NCBI GenBank assembly: GCA_963809485.1
Contig: CAWEJX010000020.1
Coordinates: forward strand, 768,001 to 832,000
DNA: 64,000 nucleotides
DNA from: an uncultured Acidobacteriota bacterium
GTDB lineage: Bacteria > Acidobacteriota > UBA6911
Reading direction: 5' to 3'
Part shown: piece after piece, positions 38,860 through 47,931 of the stretch
Position numbering within the stretch: position 1 is the first letter of the stretch
How the letters are laid out: every line of letters begins with the position of its first letter
The notes under the pieces: model-generated
The model's database searches: none
Seen by the model: the letters and a program-made list of their open reading frames with translations, nothing else
What the model was told of the DNA's origin: nothing
Program-made: the position numbers and the translations under genes

Positions 38860-39783
38860 ATGGCAAAGACAAAATTCGGGCACTGGATAAAAACCATCCC
38901 TCCCTTCAAGGATTACGGACAAGGTAATTACAGGCAGGGCACGGAGATGGACAGCAAGTTTTTCGAAAACGATCTCAACGTAAGGCTGGGGACTTACTAT
39001 AACTCCGGAATTCTCCAGCCGTCTCAGACCCAGGTATGTGACTACAATCAAATGATGATATTTATGGGCACAGACACGGATGATCTTGGTTTGCTGGGCG
39101 GTCAGGTCGAATTATGTCTTGGCGAAGATAAGGAGAGGTTTGTCATTACGACCGCAACATCGGTTTCCATCCCGAAGGGATTGCCGCACATGCCGCTTAC
39201 GGTCGGCCCCATGGACCGCCGGTTCATCCAGATGACAGTCTCGATGACATCCAAAGTAAAGGCCAAACCAGCCCTTGAAGACAAGCCGATCGGTCCTTTG
39301 GCCGCGTGGAGGTTTTCAAAATACAGCAAAAATGTCGCGGAACTCGGATTCAAACGCAACGGTCCCTGGCATTACGGACCTAAAAATCCTGATACAAACG
39401 GTGGGTACATAACCGACATCGACGCTGCTGGATTTGAATACAATATGTCCTATGAAAGCATGAAAAAAGCGCCGTACCGGTTCACCCCCGAGCCCGACAA
39501 GCCGCATGTGCATCCCTATACGGAATTCCTGGTATTCCTGGGATGCGACTGCAACGACCTGAACGAATTCCCGGCTGAAGTTGAAATTTGCATGGGCGAG
39601 CAGATGGAAACCCATGTGATTACCAAGCCCACGGTGGCCATACAGCCTAAAGGGCATCCGCACTGCCCGGTCAGAGTGTTGAAGCAGAGCAAGCCCTGGA
39701 TCTTCATGGTGCTCCGGCCATGGGGCATGGGCGGGGACATCTATTCGGGAGGCGAAGCTACAGCAAGAGAGGGTAGACGGTAG
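38860..39783 (+). CDS. Tandem two-domain cupin-like protein
   Basis: Domain 1 FMGTDTDDLGLLGGQVE...IPKGLPHMP has no HxH; domain 2 PHVHPYTEFLVFLG...QPKGHPHCP. Confidence 0.85.
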   Translation: MAKTKFGHWIKTIPPFKDYGQGNYRQGTEMDSKFFENDLNVRLGTYYNSGILQPSQTQVCDYNQMMIFMGTDTDDLGLLGGQVELCLGEDKERFVITTATSVSIPKGLPHMPLTVGPMDRRFIQMTVSMTSKVKAKPALEDKPIGPLAAWRFSKYSKNVAELGFKRNGPWHYGPKNPDTNGGYITDIDAAGFEYNMSYESMKKAPYRFTPEPDKPHVHPYTEFLVFLGCDCNDLNEFPAEVEICMGEQMETHVITKPTVAIQPKGHPHCPVRVLKQSKPWIFMVLRPWGMGGDIYSGGEATAREGRR

Positions 39784-39877
39784 AGCCCGTCAGGAGTCTG
39801 CCGGAAAAATTTTCTTATCTGAGAAGGCAGGGAAAGGGCGCTGCAAAACGCGGCCTGGGTCCGCCCGGAAAGCAGTT

Positions 39878-40144
39878 TTGAGATACCGGATCAGCGAAAA
39901 ATGCATTCAATGTTTTGCCTGCATCAGGAACCGGGTGTGCCCGGAACAGGCGATCCTCGAAAGGGACTCCATTTACGCCATCGACCACGAAAAATGCTCG
40001 GACTGCGGCACCTGCTATTTAAACCAGCGATTTTTCTGCCCGGTCCGGGCGTTTGTCGACGATGAAGCCGTTGCTTCTTCGAAGCCTGTGCAGCGCCGCC
40101 CTTTGAAATCCAGGGGGATCCGCCGGCGCAAAAAGAATAAATAA
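39878..40144 (+). CDS. 2[4Fe-4S] ferredoxin with basic tail
   Basis: CIQCFACIRNRVCP and CSDCGTCYLNQRFFCP; TTG start. Confidence 0.8.
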   Translation: MRYRISEKCIQCFACIRNRVCPEQAILERDSIYAIDHEKCSDCGTCYLNQRFFCPVRAFVDDEAVASSKPVQRRPLKSRGIRRRKKNK

Positions 40145-40235
40145 AGACACATGCGGGCAAGCGCTTGCTGAAAAATGATGGCCCCGCAAAACGCAGGAAT
40201 GATCTCCGCCTGAGATTCCAATCCTGCAGATACCT

Positions 40236-40874
40236 ATGAGAAAGCCGAATGCACATCCGTCCAAAAAGAGATTGCTTGCGCTGGACGCCATGGGCGTAAT
40301 TTACGCCGAGGCGGATGACGGGCAGAATCTGCTTTATCCCTTCATCGTCGAAAACGGCGGATGCAGCGATGTCCAGGAAATCATCAGGCTGTATCACGCC
40401 GCCAGCATGGGATGGATATCCGCTGCCGAATTCTGGAAATCGGCCGGTATCGATCCGGCGCTGGAGGACGAATACCTTTTGAAGCACAGGCTTTCAGAAG
40501 GCCTGGAGGAATTCCTTGAGGAGTCCCGTTCACACGAAATCGAGCTATGGTGCCTGTCGAATGATGTTTCAGAATGGTCGCGAAAGCTGCGCGAGAGGTT
40601 CAGGCTGGACCGGTACTTCCGCGGCTTCATCATCAGCGGTGATACCGGCACACGCAAACCGGACCCCGCAATTTACCGCTACCTTCTCGACAAGGCCGGA
40701 TACGAAGCCTCGGACACCGTATTTGTAGACGACCGGCTGAGAAATATCGATGCAGCCTATGCACTTGGAATCGCGGGAATTCTATTCAATCCTTCTCCCC
40801 AGGACTCGCAGGGGCACTCTCACGTCATCGTGAGATCCTTCCCCGAGCTTTCCAACGCTCTGTTCTATCGATAA
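40236..40874 (+). CDS. HAD-family hydrolase
   Basis: LDAMGVI, LSND, RKPDPAIY, FVDDRLRN. Confidence 0.88.
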   Translation: MRKPNAHPSKKRLLALDAMGVIYAEADDGQNLLYPFIVENGGCSDVQEIIRLYHAASMGWISAAEFWKSAGIDPALEDEYLLKHRLSEGLEEFLEESRSHEIELWCLSNDVSEWSRKLRERFRLDRYFRGFIISGDTGTRKPDPAIYRYLLDKAGYEASDTVFVDDRLRNIDAAYALGIAGILFNPSPQDSQGHSHVIVRSFPELSNALFYR

Positions 40875-41034
40875 ACTCTCTCACTTTTGCCGCCGGCATA
40901 CGCTTGCGGGCGCCGCTGACTTTCGCCTCAGGTATCAGTTCGTCAGCGCTTTGTCAGTGTATGTCCGCGTTAAATGATCCTGGAACTATCAAACTCCGTG
41001 AGTTCCCCAGCAGAACTGGGGACTACCAGTTTAT

Positions 41035-41394
41035 TTACCGGGTGGCGCCGGTGAGCCTGAGGGAAAGCCAGACCAGCATGACGGTGCCTGCAACGGATGC
41101 CAACAATGACAGGAGTGCGTTCCGCAAGGCAACATCCGGGGGAGCAACCATCCAATGGGCAATTGCACCCGTCATCGACAGGGAGGCGTGCAGTACCGCG
41201 TCAGCGGGGAAAAGCCAGGCTGCCAGGATCGATCCGGCCAGCATGATGGCTGCAAATCGGAGCCATGGAAACGGGAACGGGCGGCGCAAGGAGGCGTCGG
41301 TTTCGACGCGCAACATGACTTCTCTGGCGAATGACGATGAGGGTTCAATCTGCCTGTCGGAAATGAGAATTCTGTCGAAATCATCCGGATTCAT
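41035..41394 (-). CDS. Membrane anti-sigma-like protein
   Basis: ATGA-coupled to the ECF gene; EPSSSFAREVM followed by TM helices. Confidence 0.75.
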   Translation of the reverse strand: MNPDDFDRILISDRQIEPSSSFAREVMLRVETDASLRRPFPFPWLRFAAIMLAGSILAAWLFPADAVLHASLSMTGAIAHWMVAPPDVALRNALLSLLASVAGTVMLVWLSLRLTGATR

Positions 41395-41963
41395 ATTCGC
41401 ACCTCCTTGACAGCAACGGAATCGGCGGAGGCTCCGGCAAGCTTCCTGCGGAGCAGTTCCCGGCCCCGGTGCAGCCGGGCTTTGGCGGTTCCCTCGGAAA
41501 CGCCGAGAATCGCCGCGGTCTCCGCCAAATCCATTTCCCTGAAATAAAACACGATCACGGCGTCCCTGTACCGCGAAGGAAGCGCTGCGACCGCCCGTCG
41601 GACAAGGTCGTCGCGCTCTTCCTGCTCGACTTGCAGTTGGGGAGATTGCCCTCCGGCAATTTCAGCGAGAGCGTCGATGGATTCGACCGGAATCGATTTG
41701 CGCCGCATAAAGGACCGAAAAAGATTCAGGCTGACGGCAAAAAACCAGGTTGAAAATGCGGCGTCACCCCGGAATTTGTGCAAATTCCGGTATATTTGCA
41801 TGAAAGCATCCTGGGCCATTTCTTCGGCCCTTTGGCGATCCCGGCAATAACGATAGGCCAGGTTAATCAATGGGCTCTGCCAGCGGCGCACAATGTTCTC
41901 GAAAGCTTTGAGTTCGCCTTCAAGAACGCGCCGCACGTCCGCCGAATCCTGGTCCCTGTCCAC
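41391..41963 (-). CDS. ECF RNA polymerase sigma factor
   Basis: AEEMAQDAF, FSTWFFAVSLN, ETAAILGVSEGTAKARLHRGR; GTG start after GGGAG. Confidence 0.92.
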   Translation of the reverse strand: MDRDQDSADVRRVLEGELKAFENIVRRWQSPLINLAYRYCRDRQRAEEMAQDAFMQIYRNLHKFRGDAAFSTWFFAVSLNLFRSFMRRKSIPVESIDALAEIAGGQSPQLQVEQEERDDLVRRAVAALPSRYRDAVIVFYFREMDLAETAAILGVSEGTAKARLHRGRELLRRKLAGASADSVAVKEVRI

Positions 41964-41983
41964 AAGATCTCCCTGTGAGGTAG

Positions 41984-42010
41984 GACGACATCCCGGAATA
42001 TCCGGTTGCA
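41984..42010 (-). promoter_or_regulatory. ECF-type promoter for the sigma/anti-sigma operon
   Basis: TGCAACC-N16-CGTC on the minus strand. Confidence 0.7.
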
Positions 42011-42027
42011 ATATTTGCTCAAAAAAA

Positions 42028-42054
42028 TGCAACCGGCAATCGGATTGATGCGTC
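42028..42054 (+). promoter_or_regulatory. ECF-type promoter for the divergent membrane protein
   Basis: TGCAACC-N16-CGTC on the plus strand. Confidence 0.7.
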
Positions 42055-42087
42055 ACACCGGACAGAAGGGAAACAGGAGGAACAAAA

Positions 42088-42492
42088 ATGGGTAATGTGC
42101 CGGACGTAGTCGCCATGCTGATTCCAATCGCAGGTATTGCTTTTGTAACAATAGCCGTTTGGCTTGGGGAGCGCCGCAAGGAGAAAGAATCGTTTCAACG
42201 CTGCGAGCTTTTAAGAAAAATCGCGGACAGTCAGGGGGATGCCGCCCAGAGAGTGCTGGCTGTGATACGTCAGCAGGATTATGAAGCCCAGATCCGCAGA
42301 CGCGAAGGCTTGAAGCTGGGCGGATTGATTACATTAGCGGCAGGGATCGGGCTGATGATATTCCTATATATGATCGAGACGGAAGAGCCCGTATGGGTTG
42401 CGGGATCGATTCCCATTCTCGTCGGCGCCGCGCTGGTTGCTTATGTACTCTTTATGGCGCCCAAGCCCGAGCGGGAAGCAAACGGGCTGTAG
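42088..42492 (+). CDS. Small three-TM membrane protein (DUF6249-like)
   Basis: TM helix, RRKEKE...LRKIA, then two TM helices (LKLGGLI...GSIPILVG); AGGAGG RBS. Confidence 0.8.
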   Translation: MGNVPDVVAMLIPIAGIAFVTIAVWLGERRKEKESFQRCELLRKIADSQGDAAQRVLAVIRQQDYEAQIRRREGLKLGGLITLAAGIGLMIFLYMIETEEPVWVAGSIPILVGAALVAYVLFMAPKPEREANGL

Positions 42493-42495
42493 CGG

Positions 42496-42675
42496 ACCGC
42501 TCAAAGCGGTTGGAGGAGTTACGCTGGTCCTGAACGCTGACTTACGCGGGCAAAAGCCGACCCTCGCCGAACAAATCGGCGTTTGTCAGCGCTTTTGTCA
42601 GCGTATCTCAGCGTTTCAAAATACGGAGCTGTCAAACTCTATGAGTCCCCCGGCAAAGCCATGGATTTGCCAATG
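42496..42675. mobile_element. Palindromic element copy 5 (left hairpin and core deleted)
   Basis: ACCGCTCAAAGCGGTT...GCAAAAGCCGA joined to CCCTCGCCGAAC at a GCCGA microhomology. Confidence 0.8.
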
Positions 42676-42768
42676 AAAAGCAGGCAGCCGCTTCATGAAA
42701 TGGCATGGGCAGGCTGCATCCCTGTATTATGGGCAATTCAAGCTGGCGGGCTTGCGGCCACAGGGTTT

Positions 42769-44827
42769 CTAGTCACTTTCAGTGCCGCGCAGCCTTTCCG
42801 CGAGATTTCTGGGTGTTGTCGCGGGAAAAGAGCAGGTGAAGTCCCGGCAGACATATGCCGTTGCGAGCCCGCCGATTTGCGGCCTGTCTTTGAGCAGAAA
42901 CAGGTCGCTGTCGATTCCGCAGGCGACGACCTTGTTGGGAAGGTAAATATGAAAGATTTCCTCGAGCAAATCCCTGGCTTTGGAATCGCCCGGGATCCCC
43001 AATAATCGCGATCTCTTTGGGCTGCCCAAGGTAAAAATCGAGCGCGCACAGCATATGCGGAAAAGTGGAGGGGTGTCTGGGCATCAAGCCCGCCACGCTC
43101 TCGAGGATCGGAATTGCATGCCGCGGCCAGCGATCGTCGCCCGTGAGTTTCCATAGACGCAGCAGCGCACCGGCCGCGACCGAATTTCCCGAGGGTGTGG
43201 CGCTGTCATAAAATTCCTTGGGGCGGTGAATCAGGGATTCGTGATCCTCGGAGGTAAAATAGAACCCTTTGCCCTGTGAATCCCAGAATCCCGAAAGCAT
43301 CACTTCCGCAAGGCTCTCGGCTTCCCTGATCCAGAGCAGGTCAAACGTCGCTTCGTAGAGCGAGATCAATCCGTCGATCAGAAAGGCGTAATCCTCCAGG
43401 TAGGCGTTGAACCTGGCTCTTCCGTCCTTGAAGCTGCGGAGAAGCTTCCCGTTCCGGCGAAGGTTTGAAAGCAGAAATGTTGCATTCCGGGTTGCAGCCA
43501 GACGGTAATCCTCACGGTCCAGGACATTGGCGGCCTCGGAAAAGCTGCGCAGCATGAGCCCGTTCCAGGAGGTCAGCACCTTTTCGTCGCGGGCAGGTTT
43601 CACGCGCGATTCCCTGGCATCGAAGAGCAATTTTCTTTTGCGCTGAATAATATCCGACAGCTGCCTTTCATCCACATTGTTCAACCGGGAGAACTTGTTG
43701 GCCGGCACCGGAACGTTGAGGATATTTTGCCCTTCGAAATTGCCTTCCCGCGTTATTCCGTAGTAGCGGCTGAACAGGCCTGCGTCCCCTTCACCCAGGA
43801 TGGACTCCAGTTCCCCGGCCTGCCAAAGGAAGAATGCCCCTTCCTTCCCTTCGCTGTCGGCATCCTGCGACGAGTAGAAGCCCCCGTCCTCGGATGTCAT
43901 TTCACGCAATACGTAATCCAGGGTTTCCTGACTGATTCTCCGGTAGAGTTCGTTCCTTGTGAGAAGATAAGCGTCAAGATAAGCCCGTGAAAGCAACGCA
44001 TTGTCGTAAAGCATTTTCTCGAAATGGGGCACGAGCCATCGGGCATCGACCGAATAGCGGTGAAATCCGCCTCCCAGCTGGTCGAAGATTCCGCCGTAAG
44101 CCATCCTCTCCAGGGTGTGATTCACAATGTCCAGATACTCCTGCCGGCCGGTCCGCTTATAGGATCGCATCAGGAAGCTCAGCGCCATGGATGGCGGGAA
44201 TTTGGGCGCCCTGCCGAATCCTCCGTTTACGCTGTCGTAGTTGGCCGCGAGCGAGGATGCCGCCGCATCCAGAATGCCGGCATTCAGGTCGCTTTGGGCG
44301 CCTTCCATTCGATTGGATTTTCGCAGTTCGGCGATGATGCCGGCGGCGTCGCCGATAACAGACGATTTCCTGTCACGGTAGGCCTGGGCCACATTCAGCA
44401 GGATCCGGCGGAAGCCGGGCATCCCATAACGGTCCTCGCGCGGGAAATAGGTCCCGCAATAAAAAGGAATACCGTCGGGGGTGAGGAAAACCGTCATAGG
44501 CCAGCCGCCGCTGCCTGTCGTGAGCTGAACAGCCGTCATGTAGATAGAGTCCAGATCGGGGCGCTCTTCCCGGTCGACTTTGATATTGATGAAGGACTCG
44601 TTCATCAGCTTCGCAATTTCCTCGTCTTCGAACGATTCCTTCTCCATGACGTGGCACCAGTGGCAGGCCGAGTACCCGATGCTGAGCAGAATCGGCTTAT
44701 CTTCCTTTTTCGCTCTGGCCAGGGCTTCTTCCCCCCAGGGGTACCACTGGACGGGATTATGCGCATGCTGCAAAAGATATGGGCTCGTTTCATTAATGAG
44801 CGCATTGGTGAACTTATGATCGGTCAT
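42769..44827 (-). CDS. yyaL: Thioredoxin-domain protein YyaL/DUF255 family; 1-nt frameshift near 42990
   Basis: [33 protein letters not shown]; the conserved [11 protein letters not shown]-terminus lies in another frame (42769..43029). Confidence 0.88.
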
Positions 44828-44900
44828 GGCACCACTTTAAGCCCCCATCCCATCGCCGGTCAACTTCGATTCGAGATCCGGGATTCAAAATGCGAGCGCC

Positions 44901-45140
44901 GGTACCTGCGTCCGGCGAAGCAGGGGCCTTGAGTGTGTGGCGCCCAAAGCTGTGGGATGAGTTCCTTAAGCTTCAACCGCTGACACATGCTGGCAAAAGT
45001 CGATAGGCCCCTTCCGCTTGAAGCATCGGAAGCGCCTTATCGACTCCTGTACGCTGACCTACACCATAATGCTCAACGTTCATCAGCGTCTTTATCAGCG
45101 TATGTCAGCATTGCCTGATTCTGGAGCGGCAAAACCCATT
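44901..45140. mobile_element. Highly diverged copy 8 of the palindromic element
   Basis: GGTACCT...CAAAGCTGTGGGATGAGTT...CGCTGAC...GCAAAAGTCGATA...ATCGGAAGCGCCTTATCGACT...TTTATCAGCGTATGTCAGC is collinear with the consensus; boundaries approximate. Confidence 0.65.
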
Positions 45141-45166
45141 GCTCCACACAAGAAAATCTCGAATTT

Positions 45167-45562
45167 CTAATCCGCAAAGGCGGTGAGGATTTCAGGCGGG
45201 ATGGGGGCGGTCTTGCCGGCGTGTAATACCACAACGGTCACACTCCCCTCGGCCGCCTTTTCCTGCGGTGATTCATCGATAAAAACCTCAAAGTTATAGC
45301 GAATGGATGTGCGGCCCAGCCTGCCGGGCCAGAAGCGGAGTGTGAAGCGATTCCCCAGTTCAAGCATCTTTCTGAAGTGACATTCGGCGTGCACTCGCGG
45401 GAAGTCGTAAGTTTTGCCCAGCTCTTTTCGCGATACTCCGAGGCTGTGCAGAAGCTCCCACTCCCCTTCCCCGGCGTAATCGAAGATCCGCGCATAATAG
45501 ATTCGGCCCGACGCATCCGTGTCGGCCCATCGCACTTTTCTTTTGAGTTCGATTGACTTCAT
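45167..45562 (-). CDS. Acyl-CoA thioesterase (4HBT/YbgC hotdog fold)
   Basis: VRWADTDASGRIYY, FPRVHAECHF, LGRTSI. Confidence 0.88.
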   Translation of the reverse strand: MKSIELKRKVRWADTDASGRIYYARIFDYAGEGEWELLHSLGVSRKELGKTYDFPRVHAECHFRKMLELGNRFTLRFWPGRLGRTSIRYNFEVFIDESPQEKAAEGSVTVVVLHAGKTAPIPPEILTAFAD

Positions 45563-45566
45563 CGGC

Positions 45567-45950
45567 TTAGGAACGACTATAACGTGCTTCCACCCGGCTC
45601 TGGATTCCGCCGCGGGGAGTGAATTCACCGCGGACTCTCATCGATACGGGTTTGCAGGCCGCCACAAGGTCCCGCAGAATCCGGTTGACGGCGTTTTCAT
45701 AGAAAATGCCCAGATTCCTGTAGCTGTTCATGTATTCCTTCAAAGACTTCAGCTCAAGGCACCATTGATCCGGGACATAGTTGACGCAAATGGTCCCGAA
45801 GTCCGGCAGGCCGGTTTTGGGGCAAATCGCCGTATATTCCGGGATGACGATCTCTATTTCATAGCCGGGAAACTGGTTCTCCCAGCATTCTATGGCCGGC
45901 AGCGGTGTATCGACGCCGGATTTGGCATGTTCTTCCGTATAGTCTCGCAT
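45567..45950 (-). CDS. queF: NADPH-dependent preQ0 reductase (type I)
   Basis: EYTAICPKTGLPDFG, ELKSLKEY, FTPRGGI. Confidence 0.95.
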   Translation of the reverse strand: MRDYTEEHAKSGVDTPLPAIECWENQFPGYEIEIVIPEYTAICPKTGLPDFGTICVNYVPDQWCLELKSLKEYMNSYRNLGIFYENAVNRILRDLVAACKPVSMRVRGEFTPRGGIQSRVEARYSRS

Positions 45951-45993
45951 AGCGACAACGTAACATATTACGATCCGGGATTCGAGCCCGAGA

Positions 45994-47211
45994 TCAATTC
46001 AGAATCCCGAATCTGATATCCCGAATCTTGTTGCGCGCCCGGTATATCCATTCCCGGTTCTCTTTTCGGAAAAACCTCGGGCTGGAACGGGCCTGTTCCA
46101 TGACCAATTCCAGCTGCACCCGCATCTCGTCCTTTTCCCCTTTTTTTTCAAGCGCCAGCGCCAGCCAGTATCGCCCTTCGGGGTCCGAGTTGCGTTTTGC
46201 CAGAAAGCATCTCAAAAATTCGACCGCTTTATCGGCATTGCCCGTATGAAGGTATGCCTTGCCCACTTCCCGCAAAACATCGCCCAGCCGATATTCAGGG
46301 CTCAGCCGATACGTCTCTTCATAATGCTCCAGGGCCCGGCTCCATTGCCCGTCGGTTTCGTGGCAGCGTCCAAGATGGTAGTAGTAATCCGGATCGCCCG
46401 GATCAATCCTGAGAGCGTTTTCAAAATGCCCCCGGGCCACGCTGATATTTCTCCGGTTCAGGTACAGCAATCCCAGCTGGTAGTGCGCATCCGCATCCTT
46501 TGGATTCGACATGAGCGAGCGCAGATGCTGCTGAGAAGCCTGTTCGCCCGCCCGGGACGCCCAGCGGGTCTGAATCCACAGATAGCCCAGAACCATCAGC
46601 GGGATCATAATAAAAAACGGCAGCGCAAACAGAAATGACGTAAGGATGAAAAAAACAGGCAGGGTAAACCAGGAAACGGCAAAAACGCCTAAAGCCTGCG
46701 CCACGGACAGATAATTGAGTTGCCGGATCGCCCACACGGTGTATACCCCCAGCAAGGTCAGCAGCGCACACATGCCGATGGAAATCCCGACAATCCCGAC
46801 AACCACAAACTGGGGTGCGAAATACTGCAAAGGCGCCGCGATCAGAAAAATCAGCCCCCAGAGCGGAAGGAGGACCGACCCGTGCGACTGGTATTCCTGC
46901 CTGGAAACAGAAGGGCCGGGGCCGTTGCCCGACATTGCGTTGCTCAACAGGATAATCGACGGGATATAGACCAGAAGGGCGTAGACAACAGCCTGGACCA
47001 GGTTGAGCCGCAGGAACGAATAGACGGGTTCAGATGCGCCCGAAGACAGCTCCGGCAAATCCGCATAGACGGAATTTCGAACCGTGACAAACGCAAGGAA
47101 ACCCAGTGCAAAACAGACCACGCCCCACAGTAGCACCCGCTGCCCGGCCTGCACCCGAAGGGCACGGGTACGGAATGCGAGCATGCCCGGCAGATTGGCT
47201 AGAAAGGTCAT
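45994..47211 (-). CDS. Membrane (Yip1-like) protein with C-terminal TPR repeats
   Basis: Several TM helices followed by TPR-like repeats (NPKDADAHYQLG, DPDYYYHLG, PEGRYWLA). Confidence 0.85.
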   Translation of the reverse strand: MTFLANLPGMLAFRTRALRVQAGQRVLLWGVVCFALGFLAFVTVRNSVYADLPELSSGASEPVYSFLRLNLVQAVVYALLVYIPSIILLSNAMSGNGPGPSVSRQEYQSHGSVLLPLWGLIFLIAAPLQYFAPQFVVVGIVGISIGMCALLTLLGVYTVWAIRQLNYLSVAQALGVFAVSWFTLPVFFILTSFLFALPFFIMIPLMVLGYLWIQTRWASRAGEQASQQHLRSLMSNPKDADAHYQLGLLYLNRRNISVARGHFENALRIDPGDPDYYYHLGRCHETDGQWSRALEHYEETYRLSPEYRLGDVLREVGKAYLHTGNADKAVEFLRCFLAKRNSDPEGRYWLALALEKKGEKDEMRVQLELVMEQARSSPRFFRKENREWIYRARNKIRDIRFGILN

Positions 47212-47885
47212 GGGCTGAGCTTGTATCCGACGCCATAAATTGTGAGGATGTGCCGCGGGTTCCGGTAGTCTTCCTCAATCTTCTTTCGTAGCTTGACTAT
47301 GAAATTATCCACCGTCCGGTTGGTCGGGTACTTGTCCGTCCCCCAGACCTTGTCCAGTATCTCATCGCGGTTTACGGGCTCGCCGGCATGAGCGTAAAGC
47401 AGTTTGAACAGTTCCACTTCGTAATGAGACATGGAATATTCCTCCTTTCCGCGCCTCACGATGAAGTGTTTGACGTCCACCTGGCTGGGTCCAATCCTGA
47501 TCCAATCGGCGTCCTGGGCATACTGGCCGCCGCGTCTCAGGAGAGCCATAACCCGGGCCAGCAACTCCCCCACGCTGAAAGGCTTTGTGAGATAATCATC
47601 GGCGCCCACCTTGAGTCCCAGAATCTTGTCATGGTCCTGGGCTTTGGCAGTCAGCATGAGGATCGGGGTATTGAGCTTTTTCCGGATCTGCTCACACACT
47701 TCGTATCCGTTCATGTCCGGCAGCATCAGATCCAGAATAATGCAATCCGGCGCTTCCCGGCTCAGCGCCAGGAGGCCTGCCCTCCCTGTCTCGGCAGTCT
47801 CCACTTCATACCCCTCGAACTCCAGGATATCCTTGAGCCCGCGGGCCATTTCCTTTTCATCCTCAATAACAAATACCTTTTGCAT
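47208..47885 (-). CDS. OmpR-family response regulator
   Basis: IEDE, LDLMLP, GADDYLTKPF, RTVDNFIVKLRKK, GVGY. Confidence 0.95.
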   Translation of the reverse strand: MQKVFVIEDEKEMARGLKDILEFEGYEVETAETGRAGLLALSREAPDCIILDLMLPDMNGYEVCEQIRKKLNTPILMLTAKAQDHDKILGLKVGADDYLTKPFSVGELLARVMALLRRGGQYAQDADWIRIGPSQVDVKHFIVRRGKEEYSMSHYEVELFKLLYAHAGEPVNRDEILDKVWGTDKYPTNRTVDNFIVKLRKKIEEDYRNPRHILTIYGVGYKLSP

Positions 47886-47931
47886 GCTTTTTGATACTTG
47901 ACCCAAAAGGTAGATTATAAAACAAAATCCT

